Source: a virus (taxonomy: Duplodnaviria; Caudoviricetes). Taken from it: a stretch of 64,000 nt of DNA. Position numbers and translations under genes: made by a program. The stretch covers positions 1-64,000 of IMG/VR virus record IMGVR_UViG_3300050336_000170; one strand, 5' to 3'. Below are positions 1 to 12,900 of this stretch, one piece after another; position 1 is the stretch's first letter; each line of letters opens with the position of its first letter. The notes beneath the pieces were generated by a model. The model was not told the origin of the DNA, searched no databases, and saw nothing but the letters and a program-made list of their open reading frames with translations.

Positions 1-176
1 TAATTAATCACCTTCCTATAAAAGATATGTTTTATCGGTTTTGTTCACTTGATTCTAGCCTTGATTTTTCTGTTACCTTTTCTGCCCACACTTGATATTT
101 AACGCATTCTGTTTGCTCATTACTTTCAAAGCAATCATGATATTCTGGACAATCTGGACACGGATATTTCATATAT

Positions 177-3166
177 TTAATACAACTCCTTAGATAACTG
201 TTCTAAAGACTTCTTCGCTTGCAATAAATCATAATCTTCAATATCGCTTATGATATTATTTACTGCATTTTCAATATCAGTAAGCATATCACTCACTTCA
301 TCTTTATTTACAACTTCATATCCTAGTTCTTCTTCGGTAACAGTGTAACTATTAAACTTTCTATAACTACTCATATGTATCCTTTCTAAATAGATTTGTC
401 AGTTGGTTACTTTAATATATAAAATCAATTATTTCATATCCCGTAATATCAATAATATCTTTTATCTCTTCAATTTCTAAATCACCATTTTTCTTTTGAT
501 CTACTAATAATGTTGCTATACAATTCATTTTTACTTTAACTTTTCTTTTCATAATTTCCCTTTCTAAAATCATTATAAAAGGTTAATTTCATTGCTAAAA
601 TACATCGTATTGAATATCAATTGGTATTACAAATTTATTGATCCATTCTGTATAACACTTTTGACATACATTGAACCTATGTAGTTGCGTATCAAATTCG
701 CTATGATATCCCCAGAGTTGCTTCACATCAAAAGTTTCTTCTACTACTTTAAAGTCATCTGTGTATTCAATAGTTTTTACTGTCTTACCGCAACAATTAC
801 AAGTTATTTCATCAATCACTGTTTCAATAATCGTTTCTGTTTTTTGAACAACTTCTTCGTGTGACTTGATCATTTATAATCCTCGTAATCCTCATCATCA
901 AACTCGCCACGTGCTGCTCTGCATTCAGGACAATCGTACAAAGGCATATCTTCTTTTTCAGGCAGTACCTTAAAATCTTTCATAAGATTGACCAATGCTT
1001 TGTCAAGACACAATCTATGAAAATCAATAGTCATCATCTTCTGTTCATCATGCAATGGAATTGTAAGTGCATAGTATTCTGCGTTTTTCTTCTGTTGTAG
1101 AGTAATTTCCTTACCGCATTGATTACAAATAACTTTTGTCAATTATGTATCTCCTTATTTTTATTTAATTTGTTAATGAATTCTTGATTTCATTATGTTT
1201 ATATGCTGTAAGACTGATTTAAATCTATTGGTTTACCATCTGAGCATTTTTGAAATATACCATCTTCTATAAAATAATCGTCGCCAAAATAGTTAAATAT
1301 TGATTCAATATCTTTTAAATCAAAACTTTCATTAGCAATTTGATTTAATATTCTCTGTAGCTTTTTTTTACTTAATATCTTGATTAAAATCACCACCAAA
1401 TTCGAGTTTTATCAGTTATGAAACTTACTTCCTTTATATTTTCTATTCTGCATACTCTTCAAACGGTCTTGCTTTTTATCTTCTTCCATTTGTTTTTCTA
1501 CTTGCTTTTCTAACTCCATCATTTCTTGATAATATTCTTCACGTTCTTCTTCGGAACTAAATTCTCTAGGTTCTATTTTATTTCACCACCAAATTGAGTT
1601 TATTCACTTTTGTGAAACTATTACTGAATCATGATATATTGACTCTCCATCAAAACTTAGAGTAATATATAAATATTTGCTTACCACATCTTTATCAAGT
1701 ACATTTATAACTTCTAATTTACATTTTAGATATTTCTTTAATAGAGATGCTAAAATCTTTTTAATACTAATCTCTCCTCTTTTTAACTGATAGAACAATG
1801 ATTTTATTTACTTATGTACTCCTAAGTTGAAGTAATTACCGTATGATGTTATTTCTAACCCTGTCGGTTTTGCTGTTCCAATTTCATAAGGATTATCATT
1901 ATCGTATTCATAATCCCAAACATAAAAAGTAATTTCAGCGTCATCTTTTAAATCTTTAATAGTATTCATTAATTCTAGTTTTGTCATTATGTTTCCTTTC
2001 ATTAAAAATATCTCTTTTATCAGTTTTTGTTTTCTAAATATTTGTCATAGTATTTAGCGATTTCTTTTCTATTCTCCTGATAATCACTCACATTACATTC
2101 CCAATTCCATGTATCATAATAAGATTCTTTATATAATTTCATACCATTATCAAGAACAATATAACTATAAGGATTTTCCGAATCTCCAACATAAAAGAAA
2201 TCGATTTTACAATTATCAACTAAAAATTTAAATCTATGCTTTTTAGTTAAATATTCTAATTCATCATGTGCCTCTTTTTCAAATGCTGCCAAATATTTTT
2301 CTTCTACTTTTGGTGCTTTCCAATTAAGTAAAATTACTTCCATTTATATTCCTCTTTATAAAGTAAATCAAACGAGAATTTTATTAACTATAATAGTTAC
2401 TTATTTCTTTCCATGTTTCATCATATTTATCTTTTGGTATCATAAGATCACACGTAACATGACACCATGCTAAAGTCGTACTAGGTAATGGCATTACCGT
2501 TTCTCCGTCAACATAGCATATATTTGTAACTTCCTTATAATCATATTCAGTATCTTTATACTTACATGAACAATTCTTAGCGTTACAATATTTCATTTAA
2601 TTCCTCTTATAAAACGTATATTTGGTTTGTATTAGTAGAACACAATTTGTTCTCTAATGGGCAGAGTAGAATAACATAAACAAGGCTTAATTATTTCTTC
2701 GACAACATCGCGATCTAATCTCTCAGATATGTATGCCTTATCACACTTAATGCCCCTTACATTTTCTGATGCGGTTTTTAATTCATATACTGTACCGTTA
2801 AATAGTTCTGCGTATGCGTGATTTGGGTTCTTAGAAATCTTTTTAATATGTTTAGTGTTTATCTCTTGAATTAAATTATCAAAGAATGCCATACCGCCAA
2901 CCATCTTATCTGTAAATATTACATTGTTCATTTAATTTCTCCTTATCAAATTATGTTTTTGTCTGCTTTTCATATGTGCTTTTATATTGATCACAAACAC
3001 TAGGTGTTATCCCAATAGAACCTTCATTATTTTGCGCCGAGAATGTAAAATTAGGAAAACTTTTATCTTTTATTTCACAATACTGATTTGTACTAATATC
3101 TCCCAAGAAACAACTTGGTTTAGCGTAAATACAAGTAATGCAGCCTTTAATATAATATTTACTCAT
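177..3166 (-). CDS. Run of about 12 small hypothetical phage ORFs (50-110 aa, several with CxxC pairs)
   Basis: Consecutive minus-strand ORFs, most with a recognisable SD; no recognisable family. Confidence 0.7.
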
Positions 3167-4037
3167 TTCTCAACAAAACTCCACTTTCATCAGCTTTATA
3201 ATTTGTTATTAACACTTCAATATCTTTGCTGTTTTTATCTTTCTTTTGATAATTACAGTTGCTGTATGTATGATTTAAATAATATGTATTGTATTTTTTA
3301 GACCACTCTTTTAATATTTCGTTAGACCTGCCCTTGCCTTCCAAGATATTTGAGAGCGCAAAACAAATTTCATTATCATTAAGAGTGTCTAGTTTATGTA
3401 ATAAATCGCGTTCGTCTTTTTCAGTCCAACCACCATTTTCATTATAAGCAGCAATAGTTATCAGGTACGGAGGATCACAATATACAAAATCTTCTTTGTT
3501 TAGTTTTTCAATTTTTAAATCTCTAAAATCTTTATTACAAAAATTGCATTGTTTGTTTTGTAGTTGATTTATAAATGTTATAAATTTTTCTCTAAGAGAT
3601 GGATTGAATGAACTTCGGTCTTTGCCAAATGGCATATTGTATTCGCCTTTAGAATTAAACCGTATTTGATTGTTAAATGAGTAACATATTAGAGTATATA
3701 AAACCAATGGATTTTTGCACTTGTTATAGTAGTTTCTAAATTCTATGTATCCTTCTGAATTAGTCTTTGTTAGTTCATATAGCTTAATCCATTCATCAAT
3801 CTGATTAAGCATATCTTCTGTATTGTGAATTTTAAAATACTCCAACATATCTACAACTTGAGTCATTGCATCATTGTAATACACTTTTTTAGCATTTACA
3901 TTTATTCCTACATTGAAGCCTCCACCAAATAAATCTACAAATGTATTAATGTCTCTAGGGAACAATGGAATAATTTGAGGAAGTAATTTATATTTGCCGC
4001 CTATATAATTAAGTGGACTTTTTGTGTATGTTTCTAT
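3159..4037 (-). CDS. dam: Dam-family (D12 class) N6-adenine DNA methyltransferase
   Basis: Motifs FVDLFGGGFNV and VYCDPPY. The frame stays open upstream of the listed start through the conserved KSPLNYIGGKYKLLPQI to an ATA at 4037, behind SD AGAAAGGA and directly after an in-frame TAA. Confidence 0.9.
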   Translation of the reverse strand: METYTKSPLNYIGGKYKLLPQIIPLFPRDINTFVDLFGGGFNVGINVNAKKVYYNDAMTQVVDMLEYFKIHNTEDMLNQIDEWIKLYELTKTNSEGYIEFRNYYNKCKNPLVLYTLICYSFNNQIRFNSKGEYNMPFGKDRSSFNPSLREKFITFINQLQNKQCNFCNKDFRDLKIEKLNKEDFVYCDPPYLITIAAYNENGGWTEKDERDLLHKLDTLNDNEICFALSNILEGKGRSNEILKEWSKKYNTYYLNHTYSNCNYQKKDKNSKDIEVLITNYKADESGVLLRNE

Positions 4038-4089
4038 TTACATATATCCTTTCTGTATTATTTTATTTAACCATCAAATTGTTCTATTT

Positions 4090-4872
4090 TTACTCGCAGA
4101 AATAAGTTCCTGATTTTGTATGCCACCAAATCTTTCCCTGTATACCATTGCTTTGCCATACAACTGTATCTGGACAGTATTCACCTTCATCGTTTTTGCC
4201 ATGCTCTCCATTTAGAACACGCAACCCGATATAGAAACTTCTTTCAATAGCCTGTAGTTCAAGTAGCGTATCACCCCTATCAATCAGGAAAACACCTTTA
4301 TAGCAAAATCCAGAATATTGACCTTCTGCATCAAGCACTTCTCTAATCGTATTTGGGAATCGTGAATCTTTTGTTCTGTTTATAACCACATTGCCATAGC
4401 ACATAAGTTCATCATCACTGATAGATGATCCTGCGCCACCTTCTTTATAAATAACACACATTATGCAGAATGCGTCATCCCAAGTAAATGTCTGATATGT
4501 ATCTGATAAATTCAACGCAACAATTTTTTCATTCCTAAGATTTGTATAATGCTCTGCTGATTCAAAGTCCCTAATTAGAATTGACTCAACAATAAGTTCC
4601 ATATAATCTTCTGCATATTCTGTTTCAATGTTTTCAATTACTGTATCTGCTACTCCACTAACAATATGTAATTCAGTTGTTTCACAATATTCTAATGTAC
4701 TTATTTCTATCGTATCAACGGAGGCTACTACCCTCTCCACCACCTCAGTTGACGGTGTTTCTATGTCATTATTAGTATGTATAGCAGTTTTAATACTCTG
4801 TCCAAGTCCACATAGAACGAATACTATACATACTAACCATATACATAAATTACCTATTATCCTCATCTTCAC
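4090..4872 (-). CDS. Cell wall hydrolase, SleB/Hydrolase_2 family, with N-terminal membrane anchor
   Basis: Hydrophobic N-terminus; VIYKEGG (candidate catalytic Glu) and GNVVINRTKDSRFPNTIREVL...GQYS signature. Confidence 0.8.
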   Translation of the reverse strand: MKMRIIGNLCIWLVCIVFVLCGLGQSIKTAIHTNNDIETPSTEVVERVVASVDTIEISTLEYCETTELHIVSGVADTVIENIETEYAEDYMELIVESILIRDFESAEHYTNLRNEKIVALNLSDTYQTFTWDDAFCIMCVIYKEGGAGSSISDDELMCYGNVVINRTKDSRFPNTIREVLDAEGQYSGFCYKGVFLIDRGDTLLELQAIERSFYIGLRVLNGEHGKNDEGEYCPDTVVWQSNGIQGKIWWHTKSGTYFCE

Positions 4873-4900
4873 TTACCTTTCTTTAGTTGTTTTATTTAAG

Positions 4901-7900
4901 TTACTTATTTAGCTTTTTACTTATACTAATTTCAATTTCAGGAGTGATCCTTGAAGTGATATCACAAAATTTCAATATTTCATAAAATCGTTCAAGAAGT
5001 GTTTCTTTATCTGAATCAACACTAATATCTTCCAGCTTTGCTTTAATCATGTTAGCAATTACAACCTTACCACAACTGATGCCTTTATAGAATTCTCTCT
5101 GTGACAGTTCTTTTACGGTTTTATGTATCTGATCCTGCATCTCCTTCGGTAGTTCAGCCATTATTATTCTTTGCCTCTCTTCTTTCTTTTGACTCTTTAA
5201 TAATTTTGTCTATCTCATTTTTAGTATTTTCATCTGACATATTTGATAATTCTTTAAATAGATTAGTAATCTCCTGATAAAAACAGTTTATGCCAAATTT
5301 AAAACCAACAAGCAATCCATTCTGATAAGATATATTTGCCTTTTCATTATGCTTTTTCTCAAGCTGTTCTACTCTTTCTTCCAGTGTCATTTTATAAATC
5401 CTTTCTTTTAATTAAGTTCTTCATTGTCCTTATGTAATTTCATTGCACTTTCATTATTTATATCGATAATTGAGTATAAATATCTTTTCATATCTCTAAA
5501 GAATATTCGCATTACTGCTTCATTAGGATGAAAGTTTAGTTTCAGTAACTTCTGATTAACTATATTTGCTGTATTTCTATGTCCGAAAGCTACACCTTCA
5601 TAGAAAATATTCCATTCCCTATCTGTTATCTCACCGTATTTTTCTTTTAACATATAAGACACTCCTTCCTAATTAAGCATATTCCTATCCAGATCATAAA
5701 TCTATTATCTATCACCAAATCCAGCTAATTTTGGTTTATCTTCAGGTTTCTTTTCAATAAATAGTCTTGTATCATTGTCAAATTTGATATCAAGTGTGTA
5801 GCTTTTACAATCTACTGACTTTAGCTGTGTTTCAATATCTGCAATAATTTTAAAATCCATATGTACTCCTTCCTAACAAAATACGCTTTTCATTTATTCT
5901 TCTTTTTAATATCTGAAATGACAACTAGTGTAGCCAAGAAAGTACAGGCTAGATACATCACGCCAACGAACACTTTAATAAAACTGTCGTTATCAATAAC
6001 TAAAAAATTAATTGATACAATTAGTGTTAGAATACCAATAATGCTATAAATTATTTTTTCAAACATTGATATAATTTTCTCCTTTCTCAATGAAATATAA
6101 CTTTCATTGTACTTTATTAATCGCTATTTATTTTATTTAACCTATGTATAAGATCATTAAACCATGTTTTGTCATTAAAGTCAACAGCTATTTTCATTAA
6201 TGCGTAAATTCCGTCTATCTCAAGTTGTTTATTATGTATTGTTGTTTGCTTCACCTTGTCGGCTACATTTTCCCTATATGGTTTACAAGCATTATTCCAT
6301 GCTATAGGGTTTGATAAAATGAAGAACACTGGATCAAACTGCTCTTGCTTATTCCCTAGTATAGCAATATCATATGAGGCACACAGATACATATCTTCAT
6401 CGTTCCATGAATCTATAAGGTATTTCATGTTATTTTCGTAGTGTTCTATAAATTCAAATGATGTATCATAGCGATATACTATGAATTTATCTGTTCTATC
6501 TATTTCAGTCATAATGTTTTACCTTTTTTAAGTTTAAGATTTATCAAATTTTTTATCTAGTTCTTCAAGAGCTTTCATAAGAAAATATCCAACTAGACTT
6601 CCATTTAATTTATAACTTATTACTTCAATATTATCAGTATTACTTTTCGCCAATTCATTACAAGCTAAAGTCAATGCAGCATACACGACATCATAATGCT
6701 TTTGTTCAATCATATTTTCCATGCTATCACCGAACCAAATTCAAATTTCATTAACTTTAAAACTATCTTGATCTTCAAAATATTCAATATTACCTTTTAT
6801 AATCTCAGTCATAATCATATCTGAAAAAGTAAAATCATGAGTAAAATAAAAATCACCAACACTATACGCTTGATATAGTTTTTCAGCTTCTTTTAAGCAT
6901 ATTTTACCATTTGAATATTTTTTTAGTATTTCTAACATTTCTAATGATACTTCTAGTTTAGTCTTCATTATTTCCCCGATCAAATGTCAGTTTGGTTTGC
7001 TTACAGGTTCATAGTTATTTTCATAACCCTTAGAACACATATAACAAAAATCCTCTAATTCTTCATTTTCTAAATCTTCATCATGAACACAACTAGTACA
7101 ATCTTTTCCTGTCTCTTGATAAAAAGATTTATACATGGCTTCAACTAATTTTTCTGCTTTGTCTTGATCGTCAACAATAACATCAGATAATATTGCATTA
7201 GGTATTTCTAATTCATTACTTGCTTTTTCAAGTTTTCTCATATAATACCTAAACATAACATCATTATCTGGCTGCAATAAAGCTATCTTGTCTGAATATT
7301 CTCTTATTTGCTGGTCTATTTTATGTAACCACCAAAGAGTCTCTTCTTTTAATGGTATTATTTTCATTCTAACACCTTTCTAACACATTCTAACACCGAA
7401 TGAAATTGAGATTTCATTTTGAATTTTCTAATGGACACCATTCAGGAAACGTATAGTCTCTTAAATGTCGAAGTGATATCTGTTTTCCTTCATATCCTTC
7501 TGGATGTGGTTTTCTAATCTTGGGATGAAAACATTGAGAATTAAAATCATTATATCTAGGGCATTCTCTACAGTTTTGAATTTCTGCTAATTTCATATAT
7601 CTCCTTTTCTCAACCAAAGAATGATTTTATTAACTTGTAGCAACTGTTAAAACAGGTTTTGTTTCAAATGGCATTAGTTTGCAATTCCCCATCCCGCCAG
7701 CAGTATAAATTTTTGCTATTGAAGATTCTAATGTAATTACATTATTGTTAATATCTAATATCTTTAGTTTATCTCTAACATTATCGTCTTTTGATATTTC
7801 GTATATATTCACAGAATTTACTATTGGATTGTGAGATATGATAAGTTTATTATCATTGACGCACAAAATTTCTTGCTGACTCAATTTAGTATTTTCTATA

Positions 7901-8505
7901 TAATAATCATAAAAACATCTAACAAGTGTTGTATTTGGTGCTAGAAATTCGTATTTTTGCAACATTGTAAATATATTTTCTAATCTATTTAGTTGTTTTG
8001 CTTGAACTGGAAGATATGTACTATTGATATAGTTTACAGGGGTATATCCACGATTAGATTCGGTCAATAGATTATGCACCCATTCGATAAATCTTTGCCA
8101 CAATGATTTCTTATCAATATTATATATTCTCAAATCATCATTATTGATTTGATATTTATTCAGTAACTTTTCATATTCATGAATTAGAGGATCATATTTA
8201 TCACAGATTTCTTTTAGCTTCGGTTTAAAATAATTGTGTATGTTATCATCTATCCATGATAAATATTGAACTGCTTCTAATCCCATAACTACTCCTTTAA
8301 CTATAAAAGTAACACTTTATTGGCTTTTAGTAATATTTCTTTTAAGCTGCTCTAATAACATTAGTTTATCTTCAGTGTTCACAATAGCTTCTTGAATATT
8401 ACATATATCATTATCTTTTTTATATGTATCGTCTAACATACACCAAGCTTTATGGTCTGAAAAGAAATACTTTTTACATTTGTCTCCAATACATTTCATT
8501 TGCAA
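4901..8505 (-). CDS. Run of small hypothetical phage ORFs (incl. 7630..8286, 218 aa)
   Basis: Consecutive ORFs with SDs; no recognisable family. Confidence 0.65.
7367..7396. repeat. Three direct repeats of TTCTAACAC at 10-11 bp period
   Basis: Copies at 7367, 7378 and 7388, overlapping the SD and start of ORF 6987..7367. Confidence 0.8.
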
Positions 8506-8647
8506 TTCTCCTAATCAATACACTATTTTATTCACTTATTTTTACTTCTTATTGCTGAACATATTTCTTCAACAATTCCATATATGACAAGCAGGAATAA
8601 ACTTATAATTAAAAATGTATAAAACGGGTGAGCCATACACCAACCTA

Positions 8648-9934
8648 TCATGAATAACTCACCTCATCCTTGTCTAGCCTCATTTGAACGAAAATAGGAA
8701 ACTGAAGGCTCGGAAGCTTAGTTGTTTTGTCCATTGATTCTTCCTTATATTTAACTTCAATGATCTTACCAATCAAATCATCTCTCATGTTCCATAGTTG
8801 GCTTCTCAGCTCGTCAGAATAACCGCTACCGACATTAACAGGATTACCCTTGTAATCTACAACCAAAGCTCCAAGAGTGCCTGTGAGTCTACCAGATCCC
8901 TCTTCATAACCAATAATTTTCAAATCAATATTATAGAATCTCTTAACCTTTAAAATTCCACTATGACGCTTACATTTATATATAACATCCTTATTAAGCA
9001 TTAAACCCTCTTTGTCATTACTTACAGCAAAGTTCAACCATTTATCAATCTCACTCTGATCTGTTCCCTCATAATACATATCTACAATAGCGAGATTCTG
9101 TATCTCTTGAGACTTAATAGTTTTTCTTAATTGGTTTAGCTGTTCTTTACGTTTTTTATATGTAAGTTTGCTTTCTCCGTTTGCAAATTCATTTGCAGGG
9201 AATATATCAAATATTGTGAAGTATATTTCTGACTTATCTGATGAATCTGAATTTAATATACCAGTGCCAATGCGAAAGTTTTCATTATCAGAAATACCAT
9301 CAATATTTTTACGTTTTAACTCACCATCAACAAAGTAACCTTGTAAGTCTAGTGACTCTAAATCTGAAATAATATGATCTAATCTACTGTATTCTTGTCC
9401 TTGTCTGCTGATTAATTTACCGTCAACATAGCTACCCCTATTACCGTTCTGTTTCTCACTTAATGAAAACCATTCATTATTTTTCAGAGGATACTTATCA
9501 ATTGAATAAGCTTGCTGTACATCATATTCGGGTATAAAGTCTTTTCCATAGACTTTATTTGCAGTCTTACTATCTATTCCAAGACGCAAAGTTTTAGTGA
9601 TAATTGACTTTATAAATTCCTGCATCTCAGGATCGTAATTTGTGAATACACTCTCACAAATTGAGATATCAATATCTCTACCAGTATTATTTATCATTAA
9701 ATATTCAAGTAGATTGTGCATAGAACCAACGGATGAGTAATTCACATTTGGGATGATTCCGACTTTTTTATTAATCTTCTTTGTTGAAATGCCTGTAATA
9801 ATAAATGGGTTCAGCAAAAAATGAAGTACCTCTCTAAATGAGTTACCACCGTTATATTTTGCAAGAATATTCTCTTTGTCTTTCTTACCATTTGTTGCCT
9901 GAAGCTCTTCGCAAATTTTCTTTACTGTTTCTAT
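8648..9934 (-). CDS. ATP-dependent DNA ligase
   Basis: SEKQNGNR (KxxGxR adenylation motif), VDGEL, KEGLML, LKVK, NVGSG, LQFPIF. The frame is open upstream to an ATA at 9934 behind an SD-like GAAAGAGTGA. Confidence 0.92.
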   Translation of the reverse strand: METVKKICEELQATNGKKDKENILAKYNGGNSFREVLHFLLNPFIITGISTKKINKKVGIIPNVNYSSVGSMHNLLEYLMINNTGRDIDISICESVFTNYDPEMQEFIKSIITKTLRLGIDSKTANKVYGKDFIPEYDVQQAYSIDKYPLKNNEWFSLSEKQNGNRGSYVDGKLISRQGQEYSRLDHIISDLESLDLQGYFVDGELKRKNIDGISDNENFRIGTGILNSDSSDKSEIYFTIFDIFPANEFANGESKLTYKKRKEQLNQLRKTIKSQEIQNLAIVDMYYEGTDQSEIDKWLNFAVSNDKEGLMLNKDVIYKCKRHSGILKVKRFYNIDLKIIGYEEGSGRLTGTLGALVVDYKGNPVNVGSGYSDELRSQLWNMRDDLIGKIIEVKYKEESMDKTTKLPSLQFPIFVQMRLDKDEVSYS

Positions 9935-9988
9935 TTTAGTTCACTCTTTCTTTTAATTAATTAACTATAAACTAACGGATTGATCAGT

Positions 9989-12900
9989 TTATTTTACATC
10001 TTCTCTATCTATTTCAAAATATCCTCTAATAATCAACCCATTATCAAATTGAATATATCCTTTTTCTTTTCCATGACCACAGCAAGCATTTATTACTTTT
10101 CCTAAATTTGCTATACAATAATCATGTCCTTGTTCTGTTGGTATATGACCACATGTAATACATGGGCGTTCCTGTTCTACGTTTATTTTTTCTTTAGTGT
10201 CTGTATATTTCCAACTATCATCTAATTCGTCAAAATATATTGTATGCCCATTTAAGCTACATCGTCCACTCAATTGTTTTCTCCTTATAAATTGATTTAT
10301 TCGCTTATAATTTTTATAGACTCTTCAATGTCTGTTATAATATCTTCGAGTAAACCTATTTTACCTTGAACATAACCTTTTGAATAATCAAAAGATGTAT
10401 TCATACTTAAGGTACTAATTAATTCGCTTCTGTATTTATTCAAAATCATCGTTAAATAACTCAAATTTGATTTTTGCATAATTCTCCTTAATACTAGCGT
10501 TTTAGCGGTTTATTCTTCTGTTAAATCTAAATTTATTACTTTACTTGAGTATCCAATATCTCCAAGTTCAATAGTAAATTTTCTATACCAAAAAGCTCCA
10601 TATCCTGTTTTTGAGTCATCATATTCACACAAGGTTGCACTAACTTCAAAGTCTGGATGCTCTAACAATATTTTTGCTAATTCTGATGATTTCATATTTA
10701 CCTCGCTAACTTACTGTTTCAAGGGTCTATTCCTATCTATTATTGATGCAATTATATCTCTTGCTTTATCTGATTCTTTATTAAGATAAAGCGTATAAAC
10801 ATCTTTCTTCAGACATTTGTCAAGTCCACCTTTATAACATGAACGATCTGAAGGAATCCCATATAAACATGTATCACATACGCATTTAATATCCATTTTT
10901 AACCTCACCAATTTACTGTTTTGTAGTCTTTATATTTCTTAATTCTCTAATATCCTTTGATAATCCAATAATATATATAACTGTACCAATAGTTAATGCT
11001 ATAATACACGCAATTGTTAAGGCAGTATGTTCACTAGTTACAAATATATAAACTCCAAAACCTACGCACCAAATAAGCCAAAACACCTCAGACACCATTG
11101 ATAATATTTTTGTTAATTTCATTAATGTTCCTTTCAAAACACGATAAAGTGATTGTTTTATTGGGTTAAATATTTTTCTAACCAATCTAGTTCACCTTGT
11201 TCTTTTAATGCTATATATTCATTAATCCATCCTTGGGCAGATAAATAATTATATCTATTTTTTGTAATCTCTATATGTTCAATGCCAGCTATATTATTTA
11301 TTAAATTTTTAGTATTTATAGCATTTTGATTAGATAGTCTTCTTATATCGGGGTCTGCTGTATATGCTTCTGTCGGATCAAGTGGTGATCTTAAATCTGT
11401 TAAACTTCTATCATATATTTCTGTTTGGTAGTGATAAAAACAAAGTAGCTCAAACCACTTATCTTTAGCTGGTTTATTAATAATAAAGGGTTTTAATACT
11501 TCATCTATTACTTTATCATTTACACCACAATTTAAGTCTTGCCATTCATTAAAAATATGACTTTCTAAATCTGTTAATCTTCTGCCTCTGATTACATCGG
11601 TATCTTTATTATTTGCATTCGCTATTAAGCCACCATAAAATATACACTTAATTTGAGTTCCATCATTTCGTGATGCAATCTCATTGCAAGTTTTATAGGA
11701 AGAACACTTAGTACAATCATGATTATAAATATAGTCATTTATTTCTTGTAAAGCCACTCACCTGATCCTCCCAGACATACTAAATTTTTACGCCTAGAAA
11801 TTACTTCTGAAAATTTATCTTCAATCTGGCACATAATTTTGTTTCTTTGTTCATGATTTAAATTTTCATCAAACATTATCTTTGCTGATATAACCATACC
11901 GTTAATTTCTTTGTCCATATCTGAAATCCTTTCTTTTATTAAACTGACAAAATACCAATTTGCTCAGTTTAATTTCTCTTTTAGAATAGTATCAATTGTA
12001 TTCAAAATCCTATAAATTGTATTTGTGGTATAGCCTTCACTATCATATCCAAAATATTTTCTTTCACAGTCTCCTATAAACCTATCTAAAATACTGGATT
12101 TTCGTTTAGATTGTTCATACCATTCCTCATAATTTCCTTCCCAATACATAGAACTCATAGCTAACATTTTCCATAGTTCTTCATTAGTGGCTTCTTCAAT
12201 CGGTTTATGTCCTTTATCAATAGCATACTGAGGAATCTTGTCTTTTCTGAACCATTCCCATCCGTCACAAATACCAGTGTAAGTCATTCCATATGTTTTA
12301 AAAGTGTCATCTATATATTCCATTCCCAATTGAGGAACGCAATGTTTGACTACGAAATCACATAGTTTATCATTAAAAATATCTCCACCTACATAATATT
12401 TATAATTTATTTTACCATCCGATAACCCAGTAAATCGACCTTCTGAATTGGGTTTCATCTGAGAATATATCTTTTCTTTTTCCGACTGAGATATAATATT
12501 CTTATCTACCAGTTTGTCAAATTTGTCTTTATACATTATTTATCCTTTCTTGTATAAATCATATATATTTAATCTACTTTTTTATTTAACCTACATATTT
12601 TATAAGACGAATTTAATCTTCGTCTTTTTGTTTACTTCTCAGAAAGTCAGCAAATTTATCTAAAATATTACTTTTTCTTGATTTCAACTCACCGCCAATA
12701 TACACAAACATTTTTATATTTTTACTTTTCATGTCATTAAAGATGTTTTCAAATTTATCAGAGCCACCTTCATAGACTATCGCACTCCCAATTGATGGTT
12801 GAATATGAACTTCATAATGACGCTTTTTCTTGCATACATAAACCATTGCATCTTCTAACTCTGCAACAAATATTTCTCCCTGATCAATTCTAAATCGTGC

